Notes under the pieces: generated by a model | What the model was told of the DNA's origin: nothing | Database searches by the model: none | Seen by the model: only the letters and a program-made list of their open reading frames with translations | Shown here: positions 17,742 through 24,947 of the stretch, one piece after another | Numbering within the stretch: the first letter of the stretch is position 1 | How the letters are laid out: the number at the start of each line of letters is the position of its first letter | Source: Christensenellaceae bacterium | Lineage (GTDB): Bacteria; Bacillota; Clostridia; Christensenellales; Borkfalkiaceae | Length of the DNA stretch: 25,952 nt | NCBI GenBank assembly: GCA_045660505.1 | Contig: JAZRDW010000010.1 | Coordinates: 1 to 25,952 of the forward strand | Direction of reading: 5' to 3' | Made by a program: the position numbers and the translations under genes

Positions 17742-18089
17742 CTATCGTGCAAATTGGATACATTCAGGTGTGTCTTGCAACATAACATACGTCGCGCCAC
17801 CAAGACCGTTCACAACATAATTGCCTTTGTATTTTTTACGTGGGCATAAACGATTGGTGTTGATTTGTATGCCAAGATTGTTTACCAATGCAACTGCTGT
17901 ACCATTTACGTTGATTGTGTAAGGCAAAGGGTCGCCAGTGACAACCGTGTTCGGGTTCACACATAACACAAACTCAAAGTAGTCCAAGTCGGATACATTG
18001 GTCGGGTTGGTTATTGTGATTTCAACACTGTCAGCACCTGCGGTTAATGCTGTGCCTTTGTGAAAGTATGGGTTATAGCAACAATTCAT
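17742..18089 (-). CDS. Hypothetical Cys-containing beta-rich protein
   Basis: 115 aa starting MNCCY, 5 Cys, alternating hydrophobic strand pattern. RBS AGGAGAG. Confidence 0.8.
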   Translation of the reverse strand: MNCCYNPYFHKGTALTAGADSVEITITNPTNVSDLDYFEFVLCVNPNTVVTGDPLPYTINVNGTAVALVNNLGIQINTNRLCPRKKYKGNYVVNGLGGATYVMLQDTPECIQFAR

Positions 18090-18108
18090 TTCACTCTCCT
18101 AAGACTTA

Positions 18109-18137
18109 GGTAGGGGCAGGAAGGAATTGCCCCCACC
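18109..18137 (-). other. GC-rich intergenic hairpin without U-tract
   Basis: Minus-strand GGTGGGGGCA-ATTCCTTCC-TGCCCCTACC: 10 bp with one G-U, just after the stop of 18145..18852. Confidence 0.65.
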
Positions 18138-18144
18138 AAACTGT

Positions 18145-18852
18145 TTAGTAGCCGAAGCCACAACCACCACATCCGTAAGCACCGTGGTTGCCACGAGCAG
18201 ATTCATAAGGACTGCAAGTGATATACGATGGTGTTGGGAATGGACGTAGAGTGTTAATCAGCGTTGCGTTTTGTGCCTGTTGCGACAACTGGAAGTTCGC
18301 TGTCTGCAAGTCACGGTCTTTGTCTGCCAACTTATCACGCAGATTCTGCATTGTGTTGGAGTTGATTAAAGCACGAGTTGTTTCCGCTTCGTTGTGGATT
18401 AAGTTTTCCAAACGGCAGCAACATTTTTCGTTGTCAAAACGAACTGCGTCTATATTGCGGTTTGTTTCGCAGCAACACTGTTGAGCAGCAAAGCGGTTTT
18501 CCGCAATCTGGTTGCCGATAGAACTGAATCCAGTCAGCAGATTTGTATTCTGGGCATAGAACCCATCACACAAGCCCTGTGTAATGCCGTCTAATTTTGC
18601 CAACACACGGTTGTCTGCGAAGCCTTGTGCCAAAGCAGCAGTGCCGAACGCACCGTTGCCACCACCGAATCCGCCGCCGAAGCCACCGCCCCAGCCGCCG
18701 CCAAAGATTAACGCCAGCAAGATTAAACCCAGCCAGTCGCCACCCAAGCCACTGCCGTAGCCACCAAATCCGCCGCCCATCAAGACAGGCATTGCAGGAT
18801 AACCATTGTTTCCAATGACCGCTGCAATATCGGATAAAGAGTATTTTTCCAT
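18145..18852 (-). CDS. Gly-rich membrane-anchored coiled-coil protein with two CCC motifs (function unknown)
   Basis: 235 aa: Gly-rich / TM (DWLGLILLALIF) / Gly-rich, then a coiled coil with QQCCCET and EKCCCR, ending YGCGGCGFGY. 10 Cys in total. Confidence 0.85.
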   Translation of the reverse strand: MEKYSLSDIAAVIGNNGYPAMPVLMGGGFGGYGSGLGGDWLGLILLALIFGGGWGGGFGGGFGGGNGAFGTAALAQGFADNRVLAKLDGITQGLCDGFYAQNTNLLTGFSSIGNQIAENRFAAQQCCCETNRNIDAVRFDNEKCCCRLENLIHNEAETTRALINSNTMQNLRDKLADKDRDLQTANFQLSQQAQNATLINTLRPFPTPSYITCSPYESARGNHGAYGCGGCGFGY

Positions 18853-18892
18853 TTTGTTTTCTCTTGGTTAATTGTTCTCAACCTTTCGGGAT

Positions 18893-19099
18893 TTATCTCA
18901 AACCGAGAGACTTTAAATCATCTTCGGTGAATCTTTTCTCGTTGATGTCTATGCCCTTTGATTTGGCACAGTTCAACAGAGTTTCCATTTGGGCTTTGGG
19001 ATTCTTGCCACGCAACATCTGGTTATACAGTTGCATCATAGGTGTTCCCTGAAACGACCCCGACATTGCCTGCTGTACTAATTGCTGTAATGGATTCAT
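18893..19099 (-). CDS. Hypothetical Q/M-rich small protein
   Basis: 68 aa MNPLQQLVQQAM... RBS-like GGGGCAGGG. The 5' end overlaps the upstream gene by 77 nt. Confidence 0.75.
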   Translation of the reverse strand: MNPLQQLVQQAMSGSFQGTPMMQLYNQMLRGKNPKAQMETLLNCAKSKGIDINEKRFTEDDLKSLGLR

Positions 19100-19451
19100 T
19101 GCCCTGCCCCTTTATTTTTTGTTCTATTTCGTCTAGTTTTGCCATAATCGCGCGGATTTCTGGCATTTGTTCTGTTGCACTTTCTTTCTTGTATGTTTCA
19201 AATTCGATGTTCCCATCCATATTCCATTGCCGGATATAGATTTCGTTAGATGACTTGTTTATGCCGATATATACCGTTCCGGGCATAATGTTGTAGTTCA
19301 CTAAATCGTTGGGATTTGAAACGAAGAAACACTGCACCTGTGGCTGTATGCCTTGCAGGTTTTGTATCGTCTGTGGTTGCGATTGCTGGTATTGTTGTTC
19401 CAGTTGTGCCAGTCGCATTGCAGGCGGTTGATAGTAAGGATAGTTGTTCAT
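19023..19451 (-). CDS. Hypothetical protein with Q/P/Y-rich N-terminus (start revised from 19571)
   Basis: RBS AAAGGAG 5 nt before ATG 19451 (MNNYPYYQPP...). The longer ORF-track start would run through a terminator. Confidence 0.8.
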   Translation of the reverse strand: MNNYPYYQPPAMRLAQLEQQYQQSQPQTIQNLQGIQPQVQCFFVSNPNDLVNYNIMPGTVYIGINKSSNEIYIRQWNMDGNIEFETYKKESATEQMPEIRAIMAKLDEIEQKIKGQGNESITAISTAGNVGVVSGNTYDATV

Positions 19452-19470
19452 ACTAACTCCTTTGTATGTT

Positions 19471-19518
19471 AGTATGATGAATCGTTTTTGGATAAAAATC
19501 TGTCCAACAAAAGACCAA
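19471..19518 (-). promoter_or_regulatory. Putative activator-dependent promoter of the cassette
   Basis: -10-like CATACT (19476-19471) with no recognisable -35. Direct repeats TTGGTC (19518-19513) and TTGGAC (19507-19502) lie 11 bp apart at about -54 to -38. Confidence 0.4.
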
Positions 19519-19545
19519 AAAAAGACCGCCGAAACGTCAGCGGTC
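19517..19545 (-). terminator. Intrinsic terminator
   Basis: GACCGCTGA-CGTT-TCGGCGGTC (9 bp, one G-U) followed by 7 T. Confidence 0.85.
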
Positions 19546-19572
19546 ATCCAACTTGGAAAGGAGATTTCCAAT
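19517..19572 (-). ncRNA. Candidate small RNA 2 (56 nt) with anti-SD loop
   Basis: Predicted +1 at A19572, then hairpin TTGGAAA-TCTCC-TTTCCAA, a 7-nt linker and the terminator. Confidence 0.55.
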
Positions 19573-19578
19573 AATCAA

Positions 19579-19607
19579 ATGTTAAGATAAATATCTTTTA
19601 TTGTCAA
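19579..19607 (-). promoter_or_regulatory. sigma70-type promoter inside the 3' end of the HTH gene
   Basis: TTGACA (19607-19602), 17-nt spacer, TAACAT (19584-19579). Confidence 0.65.
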
Positions 19608-19857
19608 GAGCGGTACTATCTCTAAATAATTCCAAGCCAATCTTTGTTTTTCTTCGTATTGTTGTATATGATACGTTTATGTTGTGTTTTTCAGATAAGT
19701 ATTCAATCGCCTTAAAAAGCGGTAATTGTTTTATGCATACTGCTTCTAGAATTTCTTTATATGGACTTGGAATCATATATTTTTCTAACAATTCAACTGC
19801 AACCACTGGTGGTAGTTTTTTAAGATATAGTTTTGTGGCACGGTTTTCTATGTTCAT
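19582..19857 (-). CDS. Putative HTH DNA-binding protein (sigma-region-4/LuxR-like)
   Basis: 91 aa: YKEILEAVC...LFKAIEYLSEKHNINVSYTTIRRKTKIG resembles a helix-turn-helix recognition segment. Confidence 0.55.
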   Translation of the reverse strand: MNIENRATKLYLKKLPPVVAVELLEKYMIPSPYKEILEAVCIKQLPLFKAIEYLSEKHNINVSYTTIRRKTKIGLELFRDSTALDNKRYLS

Positions 19858-20006
19858 CAGGAGTATTCTTTTATTCTATAATTGCCCAGCAAGTGGATAT
19901 GAGAATTGGCTGGTATAGACATCTTTATTTTCTTGTTTCCCGACCCTTTCTGTCTTATAAAGACATCGCCGAGAGATATTCCAGATGCTAGTATCTTATT
20001 TGCCAT
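19857..20006 (-). CDS. 49-aa basic protein (not in ORF track)
   Basis: Hand translation: MANKILASGISLGDVFIRQKGSGNKKIKMSIPANSHIHLLGNYRIKEYS. Starts 3 nt after the upstream stop; its TGA overlaps the HTH ATG (TGATG). Confidence 0.55.
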   Translation of the reverse strand: MANKILASGISLGDVFIRQKGSGNKKIKMSIPANSHIHLLGNYRIKEYS

Positions 20007-20009
20007 TTA

Positions 20010-20201
20010 CTATTCTATAATTCCATTTGTGTTGAAATCCGATAAAGTATTTTCTTGCTCAATCGTTATGTCGTGTTTTCTTGTCGCTTGATATATATTA
20101 CCACATACGGAAACAAATAGTAAAAAGGAAAGAATTCCTACTGCCATGACATATGGCTTTGCTACTGCTTTTGATAGTTTTATCAATTGTTCTAAATCCA
20201 A
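20010..20201 (-). CDS. Small single-TM membrane protein
   Basis: 63 aa. TTG start with AAGGGG 6 nt upstream. TM segment YVMAVGILSFLLFVSVCG. Confidence 0.7.
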   Translation of the reverse strand: MDLEQLIKLSKAVAKPYVMAVGILSFLLFVSVCGNIYQATRKHDITIEQENTLSDFNTNGIIE

Positions 20202-20228
20202 GACATACCCCTTAATCTATACTAGATT

Positions 20229-20594
20229 TTAAGAAAATAACTCAGTATTGTCAACCGTTAATTCGATATAAGGATTTTCATCCTGAATCTTCGCCGTCAG
20301 CGACTTGACCTGCGCCACGTATTCCGCTTCCATTTCTTCTGTCCACTCGCCCAATACGACTTTTCGCTGTTTCTGTGCGTGCAACGGGTCAATCAGTTCT
20401 GCATACAGACTGGCACGAGTCTGGCGGATTGCTTCGTTCTTTTCTTCAATGGTCGGTTCTGGGATATGTATCAAGTCAACCCTGTACATATCTTGTCCAA
20501 CTGGCATAATCATAAATTGGTTGCCGTTTGCGTTAATCCAGTTGGCGCACGCCTTGTAATCTGCTTTTGTAATTATTTGTCCATCTCTGTACAT
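20229..20594 (-). CDS. Tail fibre assembly chaperone-like protein (start revised from 20621)
   Basis: EKNEAIRQTRASLYAELIDPL...IQDENPY pattern, located directly after a tail fibre gene. RBS AAAGGGG before ATG 20594. Confidence 0.6.
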   Translation of the reverse strand: MYRDGQIITKADYKACANWINANGNQFMIMPVGQDMYRVDLIHIPEPTIEEKNEAIRQTRASLYAELIDPLHAQKQRKVVLGEWTEEMEAEYVAQVKSLTAKIQDENPYIELTVDNTELFS

Positions 20595-20613
20595 TTTTTT
20601 TACCCCTTTGTCT

Positions 20614-21990
20614 TTATGCACCCATTCCGCTTACTTGCCAATATGCCTTTGCCTGACCGTCATTATACGAATACCAGTTCAACGTTACGGTTGTTGTTGT
20701 TAAGTTCGACTTAATGATAGCAAATCGTGGGTTTGTCCCAGTAGCGTTTGCTGCCGGTGTCATTTGTGCTGAATAATTCGTGTCCGCCATTGTGATTGGC
20801 AATGATACTTTTACAGAACTACCAGTACTTATTTCCTTGTACCCCCCTTGTTCAACCCAACCAGATTTATACTTTCTGTACCAAGTATAGCCGTTGTCGG
20901 CTGTCGGCAACTGCGATTCAACAACATAATCATAATTCGCAGGTATATTGCCCAAATCAACATCTGCCTTAGAGTTAAACGTTTCTGCATTAATGCCTGC
21001 CGTCTGCTCAACCGAGTCCTGCTCGAAGTTGCCTACGTAGAAGTACAGGTACATCTGGGTTGCAGGCGGTTGAACCGTATTAGAGTTGCCGTAGATTGAA
21101 GATGACTTACTGGCATCAAAGCCCACTGTTGTTCTCGTGCCACCAGAATGTGCTGCGCCAGTGTCGCCACTTGGGGACGCAACGTTATACAATGCCCCGC
21201 TAAAACTTCTTGAGCCAGAAAAATCAATTTGACCAACTTGTCCAGTAATATTCGGCAATCCAGGTGCAACGTACCCACCCACAGAATCACGCAAGCCAGT
21301 AAAGCCCCACTTTGTGCGCGGAAGTTTGAACTGCTTGTTTTCTGTGTCTAAGATATAATACCACGCAACACCAGTAGATTCATACAGTGCAGATATGTTG
21401 CTTTCTTGGTCTGGCAAACATATTTTATGACCGTCTTGTGCCAACATATAAGATACGTTTACATAATATCCATCAACGGCTGGAAACGTGTCAATGCCCG
21501 GCACATTGCTTTTGTCGCCTGTTGAAAGACGTTCAAAAACATCACTACCCAAAGAAATACACGCCCCAGAAACCACGCTGGAAATTATGTCAAATTGATT
21601 GATTGTTTTGTTGGTGGTATCTGTAAAAGAATAAGCATAGTCGCCAACACTTGGATTTTCAGAAAGAGTGAACCATAAGCCATAAGTAGCATTATACCAA
21701 GCATACATAGCGACTCCAACAGTGCTATCAAAGTCTGCAACCAAATGCTCATACGCCGCAACATAAACATCTCCCGATTGCCAAGAGAAAGTATCCGCAC
21801 GCAACCACGACACGTCATTCGCTAAGTGGTCGAACCACATAGGTGTCAGTACCGGCAACCGAACCGAAGTATCTGGCGTTCCGTACAATTCGTAAGGGCT
21901 TAAAGTACCTGCTTCTTGTGCCGCTTTGAATTGTTTGTGTGTCAGCGTATTTACAACTAATTCTTGAACAACTGTATCTTTTGTAGCCAT
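20614..21990 (-). CDS. Tail fibre protein with C-terminal gp53-like domain
   Basis: 458 aa: FKLPR...PGLPNITG...FDASKSSSIYG...TVQPPA fibre motifs and C-terminal WYRKYKSGWVEQGG...LPITM domain. Confidence 0.82.
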   Translation of the reverse strand: MATKDTVVQELVVNTLTHKQFKAAQEAGTLSPYELYGTPDTSVRLPVLTPMWFDHLANDVSWLRADTFSWQSGDVYVAAYEHLVADFDSTVGVAMYAWYNATYGLWFTLSENPSVGDYAYSFTDTTNKTINQFDIISSVVSGACISLGSDVFERLSTGDKSNVPGIDTFPAVDGYYVNVSYMLAQDGHKICLPDQESNISALYESTGVAWYYILDTENKQFKLPRTKWGFTGLRDSVGGYVAPGLPNITGQVGQIDFSGSRSFSGALYNVASPSGDTGAAHSGGTRTTVGFDASKSSSIYGNSNTVQPPATQMYLYFYVGNFEQDSVEQTAGINAETFNSKADVDLGNIPANYDYVVESQLPTADNGYTWYRKYKSGWVEQGGYKEISTGSSVKVSLPITMADTNYSAQMTPAANATGTNPRFAIIKSNLTTTTVTLNWYSYNDGQAKAYWQVSGMGA

Positions 21991-22223
21991 TATTCAACTT
22001 CCTTTGGTTCTTCGATTTCTTCCCACTTGTCCGCGCTATCTTCGCCACGCAACCAGTGTCCGCTTGATACATCGCCTGTTTCCTTGTGGCGCAGGACTAA
22101 TCCGTCATCTGGTATTAACATAGGGCGCTCTTCAATAACTTCGCCAATTGGTTCTTTGCCTGCCGCCAACCAAGCCGTTCCGCCTGTTGGTAATTTAACA
22201 AAATAAGAGTTTACTGTTTTCAT
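21990..22223 (-). CDS. Hypothetical small tail-associated protein
   Basis: 77 aa ending DSADKWEEIEE. Coupled to the fibre gene by TAATG. Confidence 0.7.
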   Translation of the reverse strand: MKTVNSYFVKLPTGGTAWLAAGKEPIGEVIEERPMLIPDDGLVLRHKETGDVSSGHWLRGEDSADKWEEIEEPKEVE

Positions 22224-22232
22224 TACTTACTC

Positions 22233-23051
22233 CTATAAATCAAAGTAGATTGTGGCATTTGTTGCACCCCACTTATTCGCGTATTGCGACATTGCTTCAA
22301 TCGTTGCTTGCATGTCTGCGCGGAAGTGAATTTCTGTTAGACCCGTACACTTGTTGAACGCGCAGTTGGACGTTGATGTCCCAAAACTATTTGATTGCAC
22401 GTCTGTTAATGCCGGGAATGATATTGAAGTAATTCTTGTGCAGTTGTAAAACGTAGCAGTTAACCCAGACGAACCAACGCTCTGCAACGAACTTAAATTC
22501 ACGCTTGTAATACCAGCACAGTTGTAAAACGCATAATTTAACCCAGTCGAACCAACGCTCTGCAACGAACTTAAATCTACGCTTGTAATGCCTTTGCAAC
22601 CGTAAAACGCATAATACATTCCAGACGAACCAACGCTCTGCAACGAACTTAAATCTACGCTTGTAATGCTTATACAACCGTAAAACGCATTACGAAATCC
22701 ACTATTACTAATCGTTGACAAAGAACTAGTATCTGCGCTTACGAGGTTGGTGCAACCGTAAAACGCTGCTTCCAACGCGTTCTCATCAACACTTTCCAAC
22801 GAACTTAAATCTACGCTTGTAATGCCTTTGCAACCGTAAAACGAACCGCTCAACCCATCTTTTCCAATCTCTTTAACCCCCACGAAATTTAACGCCGTTT
22901 GTGCAGCCGTTGCTTTCAACACCCCATTTTCGTCCACATCGCCAATCCACGTATCAACACTTGCACCGAACTTGGTCTTAGGGACTTTCTTCTCAACAAC
23001 CTTCATCAATCCAACTGGTTTATCGCCTATATACAGTGTCATTCTTCCCAC
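22233..23051 (-). CDS. BspA-like leucine-rich-repeat protein
   Basis: 272 aa with six FY(G/N)C-x2-(I/L)-x-S-x-D-L-S-S-L repeats of 26 aa. Confidence 0.88.
   Translation of the reverse strand: MGRMTLYIGDKPVGLMKVVEKKVPKTKFGASVDTWIGDVDENGVLKATAAQTALNFVGVKEIGKDGLSGSFYGCKGITSVDLSSLESVDENALEAAFYGCTNLVSADTSSLSTISNSGFRNAFYGCISITSVDLSSLQSVGSSGMYYAFYGCKGITSVDLSSLQSVGSTGLNYAFYNCAGITSVNLSSLQSVGSSGLTATFYNCTRITSISFPALTDVQSNSFGTSTSNCAFNKCTGLTEIHFRADMQATIEAMSQYANKWGATNATIYFDL
22374..22841 (-). repeat. 78-bp tandem coding repeat (6 units)
   Basis: Units start at 22841, 22763, 22685, 22607, 22529 and 22451. An identical 28-mer GAACCAACGCTCTGCAACGAACTTAAAT occurs at 22471, 22549 and 22627. Confidence 0.9.
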
Positions 23052-24229
23052 TCCCTAAATATTACTTTCGTGCCACCAGCAGGCTCTTGCCAACTCGCGG
23101 TCGTGCCGTCTGTCGTCAAAACCTTGCCCGCGTTTCCAGTCTGGTCTGGTAAGGCATCTATGTTATTTACCGCATCCGCAATTGCTGTCGCAACCTGTGC
23201 CTTGCGAACCATTGAAGTGTCCAGCGCATCGGCATAGGTCGTGTTGTCGTCTGTTGTCGGGGCTGTGTCGAACTTTACGTGGCTCGCAAAATCCAGTCCG
23301 TTGTTGGTCGCAATCGTTACTACACCTGCAACCACACTAACATAAAATTCCCCTTCGGCTGTGCGCACAGTCAATTCAGGCAGGGTTAATCCGCCTGACA
23401 TTGTGTCGCCCGACTTCTTCACATAGTCGCCAATAATGCCATTTAGAATCTGTGTCAGGGCTTCAACTGTTTCTTTTGGGGCTTTATCCGCAATCTCATC
23501 TCTAATTGCTTTTGCCAAGCCCAACGGAAACTCTTCCGAGCCGTTACCAACCAACGTTTCATCGTGGGCAACAGAGCCAATTCCGCCACCGCCACCACCA
23601 GATGCTGTCAGTTCAACGTTTCCGTCTTTGCCAACTATTAAGTATTTGCCTGCGTTCAGTGGGTCAAGGTTGCGGTCTAATTTATCGTTCTCTAACCCTG
23701 CAATCGCACCTGCCTGTGCCGTAATCTGTGTTTGAAGTTCGGATACAAGTTCGTTGTAATCATCACGAATGTCCATTTCTTCGTCCAGCAACTGCTGTTT
23801 GGTAATCAATGGGTTTGTGGCACTGGCCGACTCTGGAATCTTTTCTTCAATACCTGATACTTGGTCGCCCAACGATGCCTGATTGCCACGCAGTGTTGTC
23901 AGTTCGGATGCGTGATTGTTAAGAATCTGGTGGATTTCGCTATCTGCATTGATGAAATCATCACGTGTTTTCTGAATCGCATCGGCATTGGCATCTATTT
24001 CAGCATTTATAACCGTGACTTTGTTGTCCACATACTCTTTTGATGCAATTATGTCAGTATTTACACCTAAATCTACGCTATTTCCGTTTCCTATTAAGGT
24101 GTTGTCGTGAAATACCTGTTCCATACCGCCGGCACGATTTGCAACTTCTACCATAGTATCTGCTTGGGGTTCAACAACAACGTCAACATTAACTTCGTCT
24201 GTCGTTATATCACAAATTGCCTGTGTCAT
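23039..24229 (-). CDS. Tail fibre/spike shaft protein
   Basis: 396 aa: two HDxTLxGNG motifs, a long coiled coil, a GGGGG linker, and YVKKSGDTMSG and LPDQTGNAGKVLTTDGTTASW fibre motifs. Confidence 0.75.
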   Translation of the reverse strand: MTQAICDITTDEVNVDVVVEPQADTMVEVANRAGGMEQVFHDNTLIGNGNSVDLGVNTDIIASKEYVDNKVTVINAEIDANADAIQKTRDDFINADSEIHQILNNHASELTTLRGNQASLGDQVSGIEEKIPESASATNPLITKQQLLDEEMDIRDDYNELVSELQTQITAQAGAIAGLENDKLDRNLDPLNAGKYLIVGKDGNVELTASGGGGGGIGSVAHDETLVGNGSEEFPLGLAKAIRDEIADKAPKETVEALTQILNGIIGDYVKKSGDTMSGGLTLPELTVRTAEGEFYVSVVAGVVTIATNNGLDFASHVKFDTAPTTDDNTTYADALDTSMVRKAQVATAIADAVNNIDALPDQTGNAGKVLTTDGTTASWQEPAGGTKVIFREWEE

Positions 24230-24231
24230 GG

Positions 24232-24612
24232 TTAAACTCCACTTTCAAAAACGTTGTCTTTAATGTATAAATGCCCCTGAATTGCTGTGTACACAAATCC
24301 GTAATTACCTTCTATGCCTTTGTCTTTTAATAGGCGAAGTGCATAATAATAACCGCCTACTTTATTGCTAGATAGTTTTTCACGAATTGTGACTTTAACT
24401 GTGCTGTTTGCAACATCTATGATAAGTTCATCAATAGTATCATAAATAGCGGTACTGTCGGCTTTGTCCTTGTCTGCTTTTACTATGAACTGAGCATCAT
24501 AACCAAGTAAATCAAACGGTGTGCCGTCTGGGTTCTTGATATTAAAATTTAGGTTCACACCTTCGTCAAAACGGTCTATTGTAATTTTATTGCAATCTGT
24601 AATTTTAATCAT
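24232..24612 (-). CDS. BppU-N-like fibre adaptor/baseplate protein
   Basis: 126 aa: LNFNIKNPDGTPFDLLGY...VKVTI...GGYYYALRL beta-sandwich pattern, upstream of the fibre genes. Confidence 0.55.
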   Translation of the reverse strand: MIKITDCNKITIDRFDEGVNLNFNIKNPDGTPFDLLGYDAQFIVKADKDKADSTAIYDTIDELIIDVANSTVKVTIREKLSSNKVGGYYYALRLLKDKGIEGNYGFVYTAIQGHLYIKDNVFESGV

Positions 24613-24926
24613 TTTAGCCCCCGCTTAAAGAGTATATATACTAACAATGCAATTATACCAAATTCAAAAATACTTGCAAGAGTCCATTTTTCGGTCTTTT
24701 GCTTTTCTGAATCTATCAATGAGTCGCATGCTTGAACAATGTTAGGAATCTGGGCTTTTGCGCCGTTTATCTGCGCCATAACCGATTCGGTTTTACACTC
24801 TTTTGGCAGGGTCTTTTCTATGGAATCAAGTGATTCTATAACGGAATTTGCGATATTTTCAGTGACTGGTTTTTGTGAGCAACCTGTGCAGGTCATTAAA
24901 ATTAACAAAATAAATATCATCTTCAT
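24609..24926 (-). CDS. Putative unimolecular spanin (N-terminal lipoprotein signal plus C-terminal TM)
   Basis: MKMIFILLILMTCTG|CSQK lipobox-like signal, helical periplasmic part with an additional Cys pair, C-terminal TM WTLASIFEFGIIALLVYILF-KRGLK. Start at 24926 (GGTGG upstream) is preferred over 24938. Confidence 0.7.
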   Translation of the reverse strand: MKMIFILLILMTCTGCSQKPVTENIANSVIESLDSIEKTLPKECKTESVMAQINGAKAQIPNIVQACDSLIDSEKQKTEKWTLASIFEFGIIALLVYILFKRGLK

Positions 24927-24947
24927 ATCAGCCACCATAAGTTTTTA

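Noticed and set aside
19452-19571. 40-aa N-terminal extension of the ORF-track call 19023..19571
   Set aside because: It spans a strong terminator, and a clear RBS marks ATG 19451.
22471-22654. Three identical 28-bp repeats with 50-bp gaps, superficially CRISPR-like
   Set aside because: The 78-bp period is in frame within the LRR gene, the gaps resemble each other, and no cas genes or leader are present.
22387-22677. Alternative-frame 96-aa repetitive ORF inside the LRR gene
   Set aside because: It stays open only because of the tandem repeat and has no RBS or other support.
20614-23051. Diversity-generating retroelement or invertible fibre cassette
   Set aside because: No reverse transcriptase, template/variable repeat pair, recombinase or inverted crossover sites were seen in the window. 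An RT elsewhere in the genome cannot be excluded.
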